A stretch of DNA of 64,000 nt from an uncultured cyanobacterium (GTDB lineage: Bacteria; Cyanobacteriota; Cyanobacteriia; PCC-9006; JAAUQQ01). Every line of letters begins with the position of its first letter. The stretch's first letter is position 1. Below the pieces are notes generated by a model. That model was not told the DNA's origin. It made no database searches and saw only the letters and a program-made list of their open reading frames with translations. The stretch covers positions 6,016,001 through 6,080,000 of the forward strand of contig OY970368.1 of the NCBI GenBank assembly GCA_963718615.1. Reading direction: 5' to 3'. Position numbers and translations under genes: made by a program. Positions 38,410 to 48,999 of this stretch are shown here, one piece after another.

Positions 38410-38758
38410 AGGAAATCGCCTTTTTGCGTTGGCCTAGGGAAGTCGATTTGAGCAAATATGCTGCGTACACCGATAGACAAAACGTGGTGATAGGAAAACT
38501 TTAACAGGCCATAAAGTGAGACGCCCTGTACCTTGGGTTAGAGGTTGAATGACTAGGAATTTTGGAATTTTGGGCAAGTTTTGGTGTGTCCACAACTGGG
38601 TGATTTTGATAGTTTAAAATAGTTTGGAATGGGGCTAATTGGAATAGATCTAGCTGGAATGGATCTGGCTGAAATAGGTCTAGGGACTGTGTCGGGAGGT
38701 GGGGAGCCACGTTTTTGCTGGCGTTTTTCCGTGTGCTCCCCCCAACTTAGCTTGAGAA

Positions 38759-40045
38759 TTAAGCCTGCTCTTCTAGCTCGGCGGTTCGGACCGTAATCGT
38801 TTGCGTTTGATTGCGGCGGTGGACTTCAAACTGGAGCGATCGCCCCACACCACTATCCTCCACAATCTTCTGCAACTGATCCGCCGTCATGATCCCCCTG
38901 CCATCAATTCGAGTAATTACATCGCCTCGACGTAAGCCTGCTGACGCTGCCGGTGTATTCGGCAGAACTCGGACCACCAAAACGCCATCCACTTCCGGAA
39001 CGAGGAAATCTGAATTGGGATCCTGATTGTTCTTATGGGCGTCGTCCTGGGTCAAGCTCACCATCTGAATCCCCACATAGGGATGGGCCACCCGACCTGT
39101 CTTCAGCAACTGTGCCTCGATTTCCTTGGCTTTGTTAATCGGAATCGCAAAACCGATGCCCATGGCGTCTGCCCGGATAGCAGTGTTGATACCAATGACT
39201 TGCCCCATGGAATTGACCAGCGGTCCCCCAGAGTTGCCGGGGTTAATGGCCGCGTCGGTTTGGATAAACTCCAGGCGTTTGTCCGGGATCCCGACTTCGG
39301 AGCTAGAGCGGCCCAGCGTACTGACGATTCCTAGGGTAACGGTGTTGTTGAGACCCACGGGGTTGCCGACGGCGATCGCCCAGTCCCCCACGCTGATCTC
39401 TCCCGAGTTACCCAGACCTGCCACGGGCAGCGCTTCACCCTTAGTATTGATCTGAACCACGGCCAGATCCGTCACTTTGTCGGCTCCCCGCACCTTGCCT
39501 TCGAACTCACGCCCGTCGGTCAGCGTCACCGTCACACGATCTGCCTGGGCGACCACATGGGCATTGGTCAAAATAATGCCTTGACCATCGACGATAAAGC
39601 CCGAACCCTGTCCCCGCTGAAGCTGCTCACGGGGTATCTGGGCCGAAAATTCATCGCCAAAAAAACGACGGAAAAAGGGATCCTCAAAAATTGGATCCGG
39701 GGCGCGGGTGACTTTGCGCTCGGTGTCGATCCGCACAACGGCTGGACCAATCTTGCGCACCGCGTCTGCCACAAAGCTGTGACCGCTGGGGGGAAGTGCC
39801 GCGATTAGCGGTTTCGTCGGTGCGGGGGGACTGGAGGGGGCGCTGGGTATGGTTTGGGGAATGGGGGACTGGGCGATCGCCGCAGCGCTTGTGTCTGGCA
39901 AAATCGGACTCGCAAAGGAAGGCAGCGCTCGTAGGCTCCCCATCGTCATCAACATTCCCATCACCAGCGCCGCAAGATGGCTTGCCAATTGACGCCAAGA
40001 GCGGCGGCGGAAGGGTTTACGTGCAGAACCGTTCAAAAGTCTCAT
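38759..40045 (-). CDS. hhoA: HtrA/DegP-family serine protease with PDZ domain (HhoA-like)
   Basis: [34 protein letters not shown]-terminal PDZ. Confidence 0.88.
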   Translation of the reverse strand: MRLLNGSARKPFRRRSWRQLASHLAALVMGMLMTMGSLRALPSFASPILPDTSAAAIAQSPIPQTIPSAPSSPPAPTKPLIAALPPSGHSFVADAVRKIGPAVVRIDTERKVTRAPDPIFEDPFFRRFFGDEFSAQIPREQLQRGQGSGFIVDGQGIILTNAHVVAQADRVTVTLTDGREFEGKVRGADKVTDLAVVQINTKGEALPVAGLGNSGEISVGDWAIAVGNPVGLNNTVTLGIVSTLGRSSSEVGIPDKRLEFIQTDAAINPGNSGGPLVNSMGQVIGINTAIRADAMGIGFAIPINKAKEIEAQLLKTGRVAHPYVGIQMVSLTQDDAHKNNQDPNSDFLVPEVDGVLVVRVLPNTPAASAGLRRGDVITRIDGRGIMTADQLQKIVEDSGVGRSLQFEVHRRNQTQTITVRTAELEEQA

Positions 40046-40235
40046 GGGAAATTGACCGATCGCTGGATTAAGTTTGAATTGAGTTAAGGCTAGTATTGTT
40101 TAGTGTAAACAAGCCTTAGATGGGGTGACGAGAGAAGCTAGGGGCGGGTTTCCTCCCTCGCTAACCCCTGATTTTCCCGAGGTCCGAGGTCAGCGTTTAA
40201 GATCAGGGCACTGGTTTATGCGATTTTTCGACTGA

Positions 40236-40619
40236 ATGAACGGTTCTGAGTCCACCTTCCTTTCTTCCTGTCCTGACCCTCAGGATATTTCCGCTACCAA
40301 TCTTCACGGGGATAATCCCGAGCATCGCCATAGCCACGACAAAGCTCACGTACACGACGCAGACTCGATCCGCAAGATTGTCAATCGCCTCTCTCGCATC
40401 GAAGGCCATATTCGAGGAATCAAACGCATGGTGCAGGAGCAGGAGTCCTGTCCGGATGTCCTGATTCAGGTGGCGGCGGTGCGTAGTGCGCTGGATAAGG
40501 CGGCGCGGCTGATTTTGGATGAACACTTGACCCAATGCGTGGTGCGGGCGGCGAAGGAGGGCAATATCGAGGCGGAAATTGCGGAATTGCAGGCAGCTTT
40601 AAATCGTTTTTTGCCCTAG
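40236..40619 (+). CDS. inrS: CsoR/RcnR-family metal-sensing repressor (InrS-like)
   Basis: His-rich N-terminus, NRLSRIEGHIRGI, CPDVLIQVAAVR, DEHLTQC. Confidence 0.8.
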   Translation: MNGSESTFLSSCPDPQDISATNLHGDNPEHRHSHDKAHVHDADSIRKIVNRLSRIEGHIRGIKRMVQEQESCPDVLIQVAAVRSALDKAARLILDEHLTQCVVRAAKEGNIEAEIAELQAALNRFLP

Positions 40620-40688
40620 GGGGTCTCTGTCAGGTTTTGGGGTGATGGTCTGTTAGGTTTTGGGGTGATGGGGTGATGGGGATTTACT

Positions 40689-42173
40689 GTGAATCTGTCT
40701 CATAGTTCGTCTAGTGCTGCGGCTGAGGCTCGAAGGCGGGCATTCTCGCTGGGCAAAAAAGCTTGGGCGGCGGCCCAGGCGAATCCGGCTGAGGCGTTTG
40801 GGCCGGTGGAGTTGGAGGTGATTGCGGGGAAAATTCCGCCGGACCTGTGCGGCTGTTTTTATCAAAATGGTCCGGGTCGACTGGAGCGCAATGGTCAGCG
40901 GGTGGGCCATTGGTTTGATGGGGATGGCGGGATTCTGGCGGTGCGGATTGAGGGGGGCAAGGCCCGAGGGCGCTATCGCTATGTTCAGACTGCGGGGTAT
41001 CAAGCGGAGGAAAAAGCGGGTCGTTATTGCTTCAAAAACTACGGCATGTTGGCCCCTGGACCTTGGCCGCTGCGGATGTTGCCTCCGTTTAAGAATGCGG
41101 CGAATACATCGGTATTGGCTTTGGGCGATCGCCTCCTCGCCCTCTGGGAAGGGGGGTTACCTCACCGTCTCGATTTAGAAACACTCGAAACCTTGGGCCT
41201 CGAAACCTTGGGACTCGAACCTTTTGACCCATTGCGCAGTCGCGAGACCTATTCTGCCCATCCTAAGATTGATCCCCACAGTGGCGAAATCTTTAACTTT
41301 GGCGTCGAACCCGGTCCAAGGACAAAGCTCAATCTTTACCGCAGCAACGCCGCTGGTCAATTGCTGCAACGGGCCAGTTTTCCCCTTTCCGGTGTTCCCC
41401 TCATTCACGATATGGCATTGGCCGGTCCCTATCTGGTGGTGTTGATTCCACCCGTGCGGCTACGGTTAGGGCCTGCACTTTTGAACCTTAAGAGCCTGAG
41501 TGATTCCTTTGCTTGGCAACCCCACCGGGGTACGGAAATCTGGGTGTTCGATCGCGCCACGCTCCAGCGGGTTAGTCGTAGCAAAGCCCCTGCCTGGTTT
41601 CAGTGGCATATCAGCAATGGTTATGTTGATCCCCAGGGACATTTGGTCATTGACCTCGTGCGCTATCCTGATTTTCGCACCAATGAATATCTCAAAACCT
41701 GGCCCTTGGGCTGGGTGGGCGAGGATGCCGGGGGGCAATTTTGGCGACTGCGCCTTGATCCCGCCACGGCTCAGCTGCAAGCAGAGCACCTGCTCTTTGA
41801 CCAACCCTGTGAGTTTCCGGTTGTGGCTCCCAGCCAAGTGGGCCAGCTCGCTAAAGAGGTTTTATTTGTCACTCACCGTCCAGGGGGACAGGTTCCGGGG
41901 GAGATCGCGGGGGCGATCGCCCGTTTCCAGCCCGACACCCAGACCCTCCGCCTGCTCGATTTTGGCCCCAATGCCTATCCCTTCGCTCCCGTCTATGCTG
42001 AGACAGGCGGCGGTACAAGCTATGTTTTCGTGCTGATGTTTGATGGCACCTTACAGCGCACAGAACTTTGGATTCTGAATTTGGAAACCTGGGGTGATCC
42101 TCCCGCTTGCCGCCTTGCGATCCCAACCGTTGTCCCTTTCGGTTTTCACGGTACTTGGGCTAAATTCGGCTAA
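40689..42173 (+). CDS. Carotenoid cleavage oxygenase family protein
   Basis: NGPG, HWFDGDG, NAANT, ALWEGG, SAHPK, IHD, QWH, EFP, GFHG (four His ligands). Confidence 0.9.
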   Translation: MNLSHSSSSAAAEARRRAFSLGKKAWAAAQANPAEAFGPVELEVIAGKIPPDLCGCFYQNGPGRLERNGQRVGHWFDGDGGILAVRIEGGKARGRYRYVQTAGYQAEEKAGRYCFKNYGMLAPGPWPLRMLPPFKNAANTSVLALGDRLLALWEGGLPHRLDLETLETLGLETLGLEPFDPLRSRETYSAHPKIDPHSGEIFNFGVEPGPRTKLNLYRSNAAGQLLQRASFPLSGVPLIHDMALAGPYLVVLIPPVRLRLGPALLNLKSLSDSFAWQPHRGTEIWVFDRATLQRVSRSKAPAWFQWHISNGYVDPQGHLVIDLVRYPDFRTNEYLKTWPLGWVGEDAGGQFWRLRLDPATAQLQAEHLLFDQPCEFPVVAPSQVGQLAKEVLFVTHRPGGQVPGEIAGAIARFQPDTQTLRLLDFGPNAYPFAPVYAETGGGTSYVFVLMFDGTLQRTELWILNLETWGDPPACRLAIPTVVPFGFHGTWAKFG

Positions 42174-42385
42174 ATCTTGTCCATATATTTACAGAAAATT
42201 TAGGACTGTTCCTTGAAAATATGAGAGAGCTACGAAACTCTGGTGATGAGTGGTGAATGTTAAGAGGGGATTGGTCCGTGCTCTGGATTGACACCAAATC
42301 TTTCTGCACCAGTCCATATCTCTATGGGTAATTTGAGCTCAGGTATAGGAAATCCCATCAGTCCTTTGAATACAGCTAAATCTTT

Positions 42386-43420
42386 ATGGGTCTTCTGAAG
42401 CCGCAACACACAACACTCATCGCCAACCAGGCCATGGTCCGTGATATCCCCCCTCGGAATCTCCAGATGGTTGAGGACTCTGCTGTGCTGCTTGTTCCCT
42501 CTTTACTCAGTGTGCCTCAGTCGATGGAGTTAAAGGCAGCAGTCCAGGAGCACTGCGAACAACGGTCTGGTTTGAAAACCCTGGTCCTGGATTTTTCGCA
42601 AACCAGCTTTATGGACAGTAGCGGCATTGGTGCCCTGATCTCCTGCCGCAAAATGGCCATGGCGCATCAAGTGGAGTTACGTTTGCGACAGCTGACGCCC
42701 CAGGTCCGCATGGTGTTGTCGATGACCGAGCTAGACCAGGTTTTTCCCATTGATGACGCAGAAGCTGACTCAGTGAATCAGCGTATGGTTCAGCCCAACG
42801 AGATTGTGACCCATCCATCGGTTCATTCTCGGGCCAAGCGGGCCTTAGATATTTTGGGGGCTGTGGTGGGGCTCTTGTTAACGGTTTTAGTGGCGATTCC
42901 GGTGGCGATCGCCATCAAGCTCGAAGACGGTGGACCGATTTTCTTTAGCCAGATCCGCTGCTCCTGGATGGGGCGTCCGTTTCGGATTTGGAAATTTCGG
43001 TCCATGGTCGTCGATGCGGAAGCCCGCAAAGCTGAGGTGAAAAATCAGATCGAAGGGGCGTTGTTCAAGAGCGCTACGGATCACCGCATTACCCGCATTG
43101 GCCAGTTCCTGCGCCGCACCAGCCTGGACGAACTGCCCCAGTTTTGGAATGTCCTGCGGGGAGAAATGAGTTTGGTGGGAACCCGCCCGCCGACGCTGGA
43201 TGAAACCGAACAGTACGAAATCCCCCAGTGGCGCAGGCTGGATATCAAGCCGGGGATGACCGGTGAATGGCAAGTCAACGGACGCTCCCAAGTCAAAAAC
43301 TTTGAGGACGTGGTTCAGCTCGATTTGCAATACCAGCGGAATTGGAGCCTAGGCTACGATATCCAGCTCATCCTTAAAACCATTCTGATTGTATTCAATA
43401 AAAATTCGGGGGCGTACTAA
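42386..43420 (+). CDS. STAS domain fused to priming sugar transferase
   Basis: LDFSQTSFMDSSGIGAL (STAS); KRALDI, KFRSM, RRTSLDELPQFWNVLRGEMSLVGTRP, KPGMTGEWQV. Confidence 0.9.
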   Translation: MGLLKPQHTTLIANQAMVRDIPPRNLQMVEDSAVLLVPSLLSVPQSMELKAAVQEHCEQRSGLKTLVLDFSQTSFMDSSGIGALISCRKMAMAHQVELRLRQLTPQVRMVLSMTELDQVFPIDDAEADSVNQRMVQPNEIVTHPSVHSRAKRALDILGAVVGLLLTVLVAIPVAIAIKLEDGGPIFFSQIRCSWMGRPFRIWKFRSMVVDAEARKAEVKNQIEGALFKSATDHRITRIGQFLRRTSLDELPQFWNVLRGEMSLVGTRPPTLDETEQYEIPQWRRLDIKPGMTGEWQVNGRSQVKNFEDVVQLDLQYQRNWSLGYDIQLILKTILIVFNKNSGAY

Positions 43421-43475
43421 ACGGAGGAGGCCCACCTGCGGGATAGGATAGGTCCAGGTTGTTCTTCGCAATGCC

Positions 43476-44048
43476 ATGGCCCTAACGCCTTCCACGATGC
43501 TTGAGCTGGGGACTCCGGCTCCGGATTTTTCGCTCCCGGATGTAGTCACAGGTTCATTGATTTCCCTGCAGACCTTTCAGGGCAAAACAGGTCTGTTGGT
43601 TCTGTTTATCTGTGCGCACTGCCCCTTTGTGAAGCATCTGGAGGGGGCGATCGCCCAGCTCGGCCAAGATTATCAGACACAATCCCTCGGCATCGTTGCC
43701 ATCAGCGCCAATAGTCTCCAGACCCATCCCCAGGATGGGCCGGACCACCTCAAGGCCCAAGCACAGACCTGTGGGTTTACGTTTCCCTATTGTTTTGATG
43801 CCACTCAGGCGATCGCCAAGGCTTATAGTGCCGCCTGTACCCCTGACTTTTTTCTGTTTGATGGCGAACGGCGGCTGGTCTATCGCGGGCAGTTTGACGA
43901 TAGCCGTCCCGGCAATGGCCAACCGGTGACCGGTCAAGATCTGCGGCGGGCGATCGACCAGCTCTTGCAGGGTCAGCCCATTCCTATCGATCAGAAGCCC
44001 AGCATCGGTTGCAATATTAAATGGACCCCTGGGCAGGAACCGTCCTAG
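43476..44048 (+). CDS. Thioredoxin-fold (AhpC/TSA-like) protein
   Basis: APDFSLPD, FICAHCPFV, AACTPDFFLFD, YRGQFDDSRP, PSIGCNIKW. Confidence 0.9.
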   Translation: MALTPSTMLELGTPAPDFSLPDVVTGSLISLQTFQGKTGLLVLFICAHCPFVKHLEGAIAQLGQDYQTQSLGIVAISANSLQTHPQDGPDHLKAQAQTCGFTFPYCFDATQAIAKAYSAACTPDFFLFDGERRLVYRGQFDDSRPGNGQPVTGQDLRRAIDQLLQGQPIPIDQKPSIGCNIKWTPGQEPS

Positions 44049-44112
44049 CGAACTGAAGCCCCTTATCTTTACAATCCCTTATCTTTGTCCTTTGCTCTAC
44101 CCCTCGACCCGC

Positions 44113-45252
44113 GTGAATACGATTCCCCCTCTGGACCTGACGCAACAGTACGAAACCCTGCGCGAAGCTATTGAAACAACAGTCCTGGGGATTCTGGCCT
44201 CTGGGCGCTACATCGGGGGAGAGTTTGTCTCGGGGTTTGAACAGTCCTTTGCGCAATACATCGGCACGGCAGAGGCCGTGAGCTGCAACTCAGGAACCGA
44301 TGCGCTCTTTTTGGCGCTGCGGGCCTTGGGGATTGGCCCTGGGGATGAGGTGATCACGACTCCGTTTACCTTTTTTGCCACGGCGGAGGTGATCAGCGCC
44401 GTTGGGGCCAAGCCGGTTTTTGTGGATATTGATCTTCAGACCTTCAACCTGGATTTAGAGCGGCTTGAGGCGGCCATTTCGCCTCAGACTAAGGCCGTGA
44501 TCCCGGTGCATTTATTTGGGCAGCCCGTAGACATGACGCGACTGCTGGCGATCGCCCGTCACCACCGCCTCTGGGTGGTCGAAGACTGTGCCCAAGCTGC
44601 GGGGGCCGAATGGGCGGGCCAAAAGGTGGGCAGCATGGGCGATCTGGGCTGTTTTAGCTTTTTTCCTACCAAAAACCTGGGGGCCTGTGGTGACGGCGGG
44701 GCGGTCACGACCTCCGATCCTGAGCTGGCTGCTAAGGTCCGCATGTTGCGCGAACATGGGATGCCTCAGCGCTACTACCACGAAGAGATCGGCGTCACCA
44801 GTCGCTTAGATGCGATTCAGGCCGCGATTCTGTCCATTAAGCTTCCCTATCTAGACCAGTGGAACCAGCAACGTCAGGCGATCGCCCAACGCTATACCCA
44901 ATTGATTCAACCCCTCATGGGTTTGATCCCCCCCCATCCCATCCCCGGTGGCACCAGCGTTTGGCACCAATACACCCTGCGCGTCTCGGATGGCTCAGTT
45001 GAGGGACTTAGACTCGATCGCGATCGCCTGCGGGATCAGCTCCAAACCCAAGGCGTCAACACGATGATCTATTACCCTGTGCCCCTACATCGGCAAAATG
45101 TCTATGCTCATTTGGGCTACGGGCTGGGCTCGTTTCCCCAGGCGGAGCGCGCCGCCCAGAACGTCTTATCCCTGCCCATGTTCCCAGAGCTCACCGAAGC
45201 GCAGCAGGATCAAGTGGTCTATGGTCTCAAAAACTGCCTTGCTGAATTCTAA
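44113..45252 (+). CDS. DegT/DnrJ/EryC1/StrS aminotransferase
   Basis: IPPLDL, CNSGTDAL, PVHLFGQ, EDCAQA, FSFFPTKNLG (PLP Lys), SRLDAIQAA, SLPMFP; GTG start. Confidence 0.92.
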   Translation: MNTIPPLDLTQQYETLREAIETTVLGILASGRYIGGEFVSGFEQSFAQYIGTAEAVSCNSGTDALFLALRALGIGPGDEVITTPFTFFATAEVISAVGAKPVFVDIDLQTFNLDLERLEAAISPQTKAVIPVHLFGQPVDMTRLLAIARHHRLWVVEDCAQAAGAEWAGQKVGSMGDLGCFSFFPTKNLGACGDGGAVTTSDPELAAKVRMLREHGMPQRYYHEEIGVTSRLDAIQAAILSIKLPYLDQWNQQRQAIAQRYTQLIQPLMGLIPPHPIPGGTSVWHQYTLRVSDGSVEGLRLDRDRLRDQLQTQGVNTMIYYPVPLHRQNVYAHLGYGLGSFPQAERAAQNVLSLPMFPELTEAQQDQVVYGLKNCLAEF

Positions 45253-45841
45253 CTTGGCCCCTTGGCGATCGCCCCTCGCCCATGCCCTTCACCGCAACCG
45301 CGCCCGACCTGACTCTCGCTATCTCCAGTGGGCTACGGTGCGTCCCGATGGCCGTCCGGCTAATCGAACCGTTGTGTTTCGTGGTTTTGTGGAGGATAGC
45401 GATCAACTGATTGTGGTCTCTGATGGCCGGAGCCAAAAAAATCAGGATTTGTCTCATTATCCCTGGGCCGAGGTGTGTTGGTATTTTCCCAAAACCCGTG
45501 AGCAGTTTCGCTTGCTAGGGAGGGTTGAGATCATTGACCCAGCATCGGTAGGCGATCGCCAAGGGCTCCGTCACCAGATTTGGCGATCGCTTTCGGAAGC
45601 TGCACGTCAACAGTTTGCTTGGCCCGAACCGGCTGCTCCTCGGGCGATCGATGCTGCCTTTCAAGCCAGCAGCGTCAATCCTGACTCTCCGCTTCTGCCT
45701 TTTACCCTGTTATTACTTGATCCCCAATCGGTCGACCATTTAGAACTTCAAGGTGAGCCCCAAAATCGTAGGCGTTATCAACAGCAATCTGGCCCAGATA
45801 GCGCTCTGTCAGAATGGTGTTGTGAGATTGTGAATCCTTAA
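45221..45841 (+). CDS. Pyridoxamine-5'-phosphate-oxidase-like FMN-binding protein (start uncertain, 45221 or 45239)
   Basis: LAPWRSPLAHALHRNR, ATV..DGRPANRTVVFRGF, EVCWYFPKTREQFR, VDHLEL. Confidence 0.82.
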   Translation: MVSKTALLNSNLAPWRSPLAHALHRNRARPDSRYLQWATVRPDGRPANRTVVFRGFVEDSDQLIVVSDGRSQKNQDLSHYPWAEVCWYFPKTREQFRLLGRVEIIDPASVGDRQGLRHQIWRSLSEAARQQFAWPEPAAPRAIDAAFQASSVNPDSPLLPFTLLLLDPQSVDHLELQGEPQNRRRYQQQSGPDSALSEWCCEIVNP

Positions 45842-46056
45842 TGGCTCACATTAGACGGATCTGTAACCCGTTAGCAGTCAGACAATCCTTGTTCCTCAAT
45901 CTCTGTAATTTTGCGTAATCTAGAGAAAAACATCATGGTTGATTTCCAGTTACCCAGTGGGTTTTCTAAGCCTTATGTCGCAAGAGTCTCTGGTCGTTGT
46001 ATGACCAAAGACTGGTGATGTTATCAAGCTTAGATAAATTGGCTTAATATTGTCCT

Positions 46057-46076
46057 TATGTATCTAGGATTACATA
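46057..46076. promoter_or_regulatory. NtcA-like palindrome
   Basis: TATGTA-TCTAGGAT-TACATA contains GTA-N8-TAC (46060-46073); TAGAGT lies 24 nt downstream. Confidence 0.45.
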
Positions 46077-46346
46077 CTTGAGGGACGCGGTTCCTGGTAG
46101 AGTAGAACCCAAGCAGCCTAACTCTCATCATTCAGTCACTTCTGCGCTCGTTCTTTCTGTCCAGTTTTGGGCAAGGCTATTTCTATGAATTGAATTAAGA
46201 TGCATCGCAATCCGGTTCGTGCGGATTGAAGTCAATTGCCAAGGCAATTGGATGCAAAGATATAGTCAAGGCGAGACGCAGCGTTTCTGTTTCTCGAAGC
46301 ACTGTTGTTATCCCTAAATCTTTCATTTTGATGTGAGGTTATTTCT

Positions 46347-46634
46347 ATGAAGCCTACCTTGTCGATGAACGTTCGTCTGTTTGCCTTTGGTGCTGTCATG
46401 TCCACACTCGTTGGCGCTGGCATCCTGGCACCTTCCATCAAGGGCAATACGGCGGCTGAGCCCATGGTGAGCGCTGTTCCGTCAACGGTTGTTGTCTCTG
46501 GCGTTCAACCTGCTGCGATCTCTGCACAGCCTGCAACGGAAGTGGCTCAAGCTTCTCTGGTTCCTCAAAAAGCCAGCGCGGATATTCTGGAACTCATTTT
46601 TAACTTTATCCTGGCTTTGTTGGGTCTAGCTTAG
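46347..46634 (+). CDS. Small secreted/membrane hypothetical protein
   Basis: GAGG RBS, signal-like N-terminus, Ala/Pro/Val spacer, hydrophobic C-terminal helix. Confidence 0.6.
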   Translation: MKPTLSMNVRLFAFGAVMSTLVGAGILAPSIKGNTAAEPMVSAVPSTVVVSGVQPAAISAQPATEVAQASLVPQKASADILELIFNFILALLGLA

Positions 46635-46667
46635 GCTTTATTGGGCCGATGAGTTGAATTGAAACTG

Positions 46668-46719
46668 AGTCAATGCCTGGTTAAGGAAAGTCTTTTCTCC
46701 TTTCTAGGCATTGACTTTT
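46668..46719. terminator. Hairpin between convergent genes, probable terminator
   Basis: AGTCAATGCCT...AGGCATTGACT followed by TTT. Confidence 0.65.
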
Positions 46720-46735
46720 GTCATGGCTTTTGAGG

Positions 46736-48748
46736 TTAAGCAACTTCAATTTCCAGAGCAAAACTGCGCAAGGTTCCCTGGTCCCAACGGGCGGAATCGG
46801 TGACTTCAAGGGTCCAAGTCCCTTGAGGATTTTGTCCTTCAAGTTGGGTTAGGGCCGGTAGGGCGATCGCATCATAGGTTTTCTGGATATTATCCATGCC
46901 GCCTCCCGTGCGATCGTGCAGTTTAATCGGTGCAAGACCGAGGGCCTCCGGTGCTTTCAAAACGACCGTTAAATCCCCAATATAGGTGTGCTCCAAATTG
47001 ACTTTGACCTTGAGGGTCTTGATGGGCTGGCTCTCCGGTACCGTCAGCCTTAGCGTGGCTGTGCGTAGATCGCGAATCGGCACCTCTTGAACCGCTTGAT
47101 AAATCACTAGGGGATTGGGTTGGGCTGGGGTTGCTAGCTCAACTGCTTTGCGCGCATTGACGCGGCCATAGCCGTAAAACGGGCTGTGGCCCTTGGCGTC
47201 GTATTGGCCTTTAGCTTCGTCGATGCGATCGCAACTCTGCTTCAGAATTTCCCGCACTTGCTCCCAGCGCAGCTCTGGATTCTTCGACAGAATTAGCGCT
47301 ACAACTCCAGCGACCCCCGGACAAGCACTGGAGGTTCCGCCAAAAGAATTGGTATATTTCCCAGCGGCATCGCCCAACCGTTCATCTCCCCAATTGTAGC
47401 CATCGGAACCCGTGCGATCGGTGGTCCAAATGCCTTCGGTTTGGGAGGGATCGCCATTGTTACTGGGGAAGGCACACCAAACGGATGCCCCATAATCGCT
47501 GTAGGCACTACGGGTGTCCAGGTCATTACAGGCGGCAACGGCAATCACCGAATCAAAGCTGGCATAGCCGTCGTTCTCAACACTTTCGTTGCCATTGCCC
47601 GCCGCAAAGCACAGCACACAGCCTTTGCCGTTGCGACCCTGGGTCAGGGCAAATTCCATGGCCAGACGGGTAGAGTCGGGCAAGGGCACCACGCGGTTAT
47701 GCACCGGATCGTTTGGATCAAACCAGGTCCCATCCGGTGGCCCCCAGCTACAGGAAATCACGTCCGCACCATTGCGGGCCGCCCAGGCAAAGGCCTCCGC
47801 CTCGGCTACGGAGCCCAGTCCCGAAGCCAACCGAATCGGCATCAGCTTGGCCCGTGGAGCCACGCCAGCGGCCCCAAAATTACCATCGGCACAGGCAACC
47901 CCAGCGCAGGCGGTGCCATGGTTGTCCTGACGACCGGGCTGAGGGGTGTTGTTATTGCGAGTGGCGTCACGGGGAAAAACTATCTTGCCTGGGGACTGAA
48001 ATTCCTCATGGCTCAGATCAAAGCCATCGTCGATAATCGCGATGGTTGCGCCTTCACCACGGGTTAATTCCCAGGCGGAGACTACATGGGCATGGGCATC
48101 AATGGTTTTGCCGTTAATCATGGTGGCCTGGAGATGCCACTGCTGGGAAAAGGTTTTAGCTGGGGTGATCGGGACTTGCCGGTGGCGATCCTCGCGGACG
48201 AGCTCCGGATGGCAAAATTCGACCCTGGGGTCAGCGAGCAACTGTTCAGCAAGATCAAAGATCGAAAGGCCAATGCCGCTGGGAGCCTCGACGAAAAAGG
48301 CATTGCGGGCAAAATCGAGCGATCGCTTCACCCGTAAACTGGCCTCTGCCAACCGCCGCAAACAAGCCTCGCGAGCTTCCCGCCCCTGGAATTTGACAAA
48401 CAAGTTCTCGGTGTAGAGCACGGGGGTTTGCGACACCGGCTCCACCAACGCCCGCCCCGCAAACTGAATGGCGTCTTCCTGGGTCAGCGCTGCCCTGGCC
48501 TCATCGCGAAAGGCTTGGCCATCTTCCTGGGACTTGGCCCGTAGCACCTCTACGCCTGCCAGGGGAAATTGGGTGACCAGCTCAAACCGAGAGAGCAGAG
48601 TGCGGGATTGGAGCGAAACCGGGGTCGTTTCATAGGGCCGACTGCCCAATAAGGATTTCCGATTACAGGTGCGCACCACCATCAGCTCATCGCTAATGTC
48701 AAGCTCATGGACCGTTCCTTGCAATCCGCCATAACGATATCTCGGCAT
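46736..48748 (-). CDS. S8 subtilisin/kexin-like protease with pro-domain and C-terminal P-domain
   Basis: Triad IAIIDDG, HGTACAGV, FGGTSSACP; P-domain EHTYIGDL...GTWTLEVTD; ATG 48748 after GAGG; no signal peptide seen. Confidence 0.9.
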   Translation of the reverse strand: MPRYRYGGLQGTVHELDISDELMVVRTCNRKSLLGSRPYETTPVSLQSRTLLSRFELVTQFPLAGVEVLRAKSQEDGQAFRDEARAALTQEDAIQFAGRALVEPVSQTPVLYTENLFVKFQGREAREACLRRLAEASLRVKRSLDFARNAFFVEAPSGIGLSIFDLAEQLLADPRVEFCHPELVREDRHRQVPITPAKTFSQQWHLQATMINGKTIDAHAHVVSAWELTRGEGATIAIIDDGFDLSHEEFQSPGKIVFPRDATRNNNTPQPGRQDNHGTACAGVACADGNFGAAGVAPRAKLMPIRLASGLGSVAEAEAFAWAARNGADVISCSWGPPDGTWFDPNDPVHNRVVPLPDSTRLAMEFALTQGRNGKGCVLCFAAGNGNESVENDGYASFDSVIAVAACNDLDTRSAYSDYGASVWCAFPSNNGDPSQTEGIWTTDRTGSDGYNWGDERLGDAAGKYTNSFGGTSSACPGVAGVVALILSKNPELRWEQVREILKQSCDRIDEAKGQYDAKGHSPFYGYGRVNARKAVELATPAQPNPLVIYQAVQEVPIRDLRTATLRLTVPESQPIKTLKVKVNLEHTYIGDLTVVLKAPEALGLAPIKLHDRTGGGMDNIQKTYDAIALPALTQLEGQNPQGTWTLEVTDSARWDQGTLRSFALEIEVA

Positions 48749-48999
48749 ACCTGATCCTCTATCGAAAAATGAGAAGATGATGCAAACTTGGGACTGCCCC
48801 CCAACCTGCCATAGGGAGGGCCATTCGTGGGGATGGGTGTCAACCTTCTTTACATGACATGATTCCAGCGATTCCGCCACCGATGATTCCCCTCTCCCCG
48901 CTGCCGGTGCTAGTGGTTGGGGGGCGCTTAGGCTCGGCCTTGCCGTTGCTGTCGTCTTCGCTGCTTTGCGTCTTTCGCCTTCAGGAGCATCCCCCTGCT

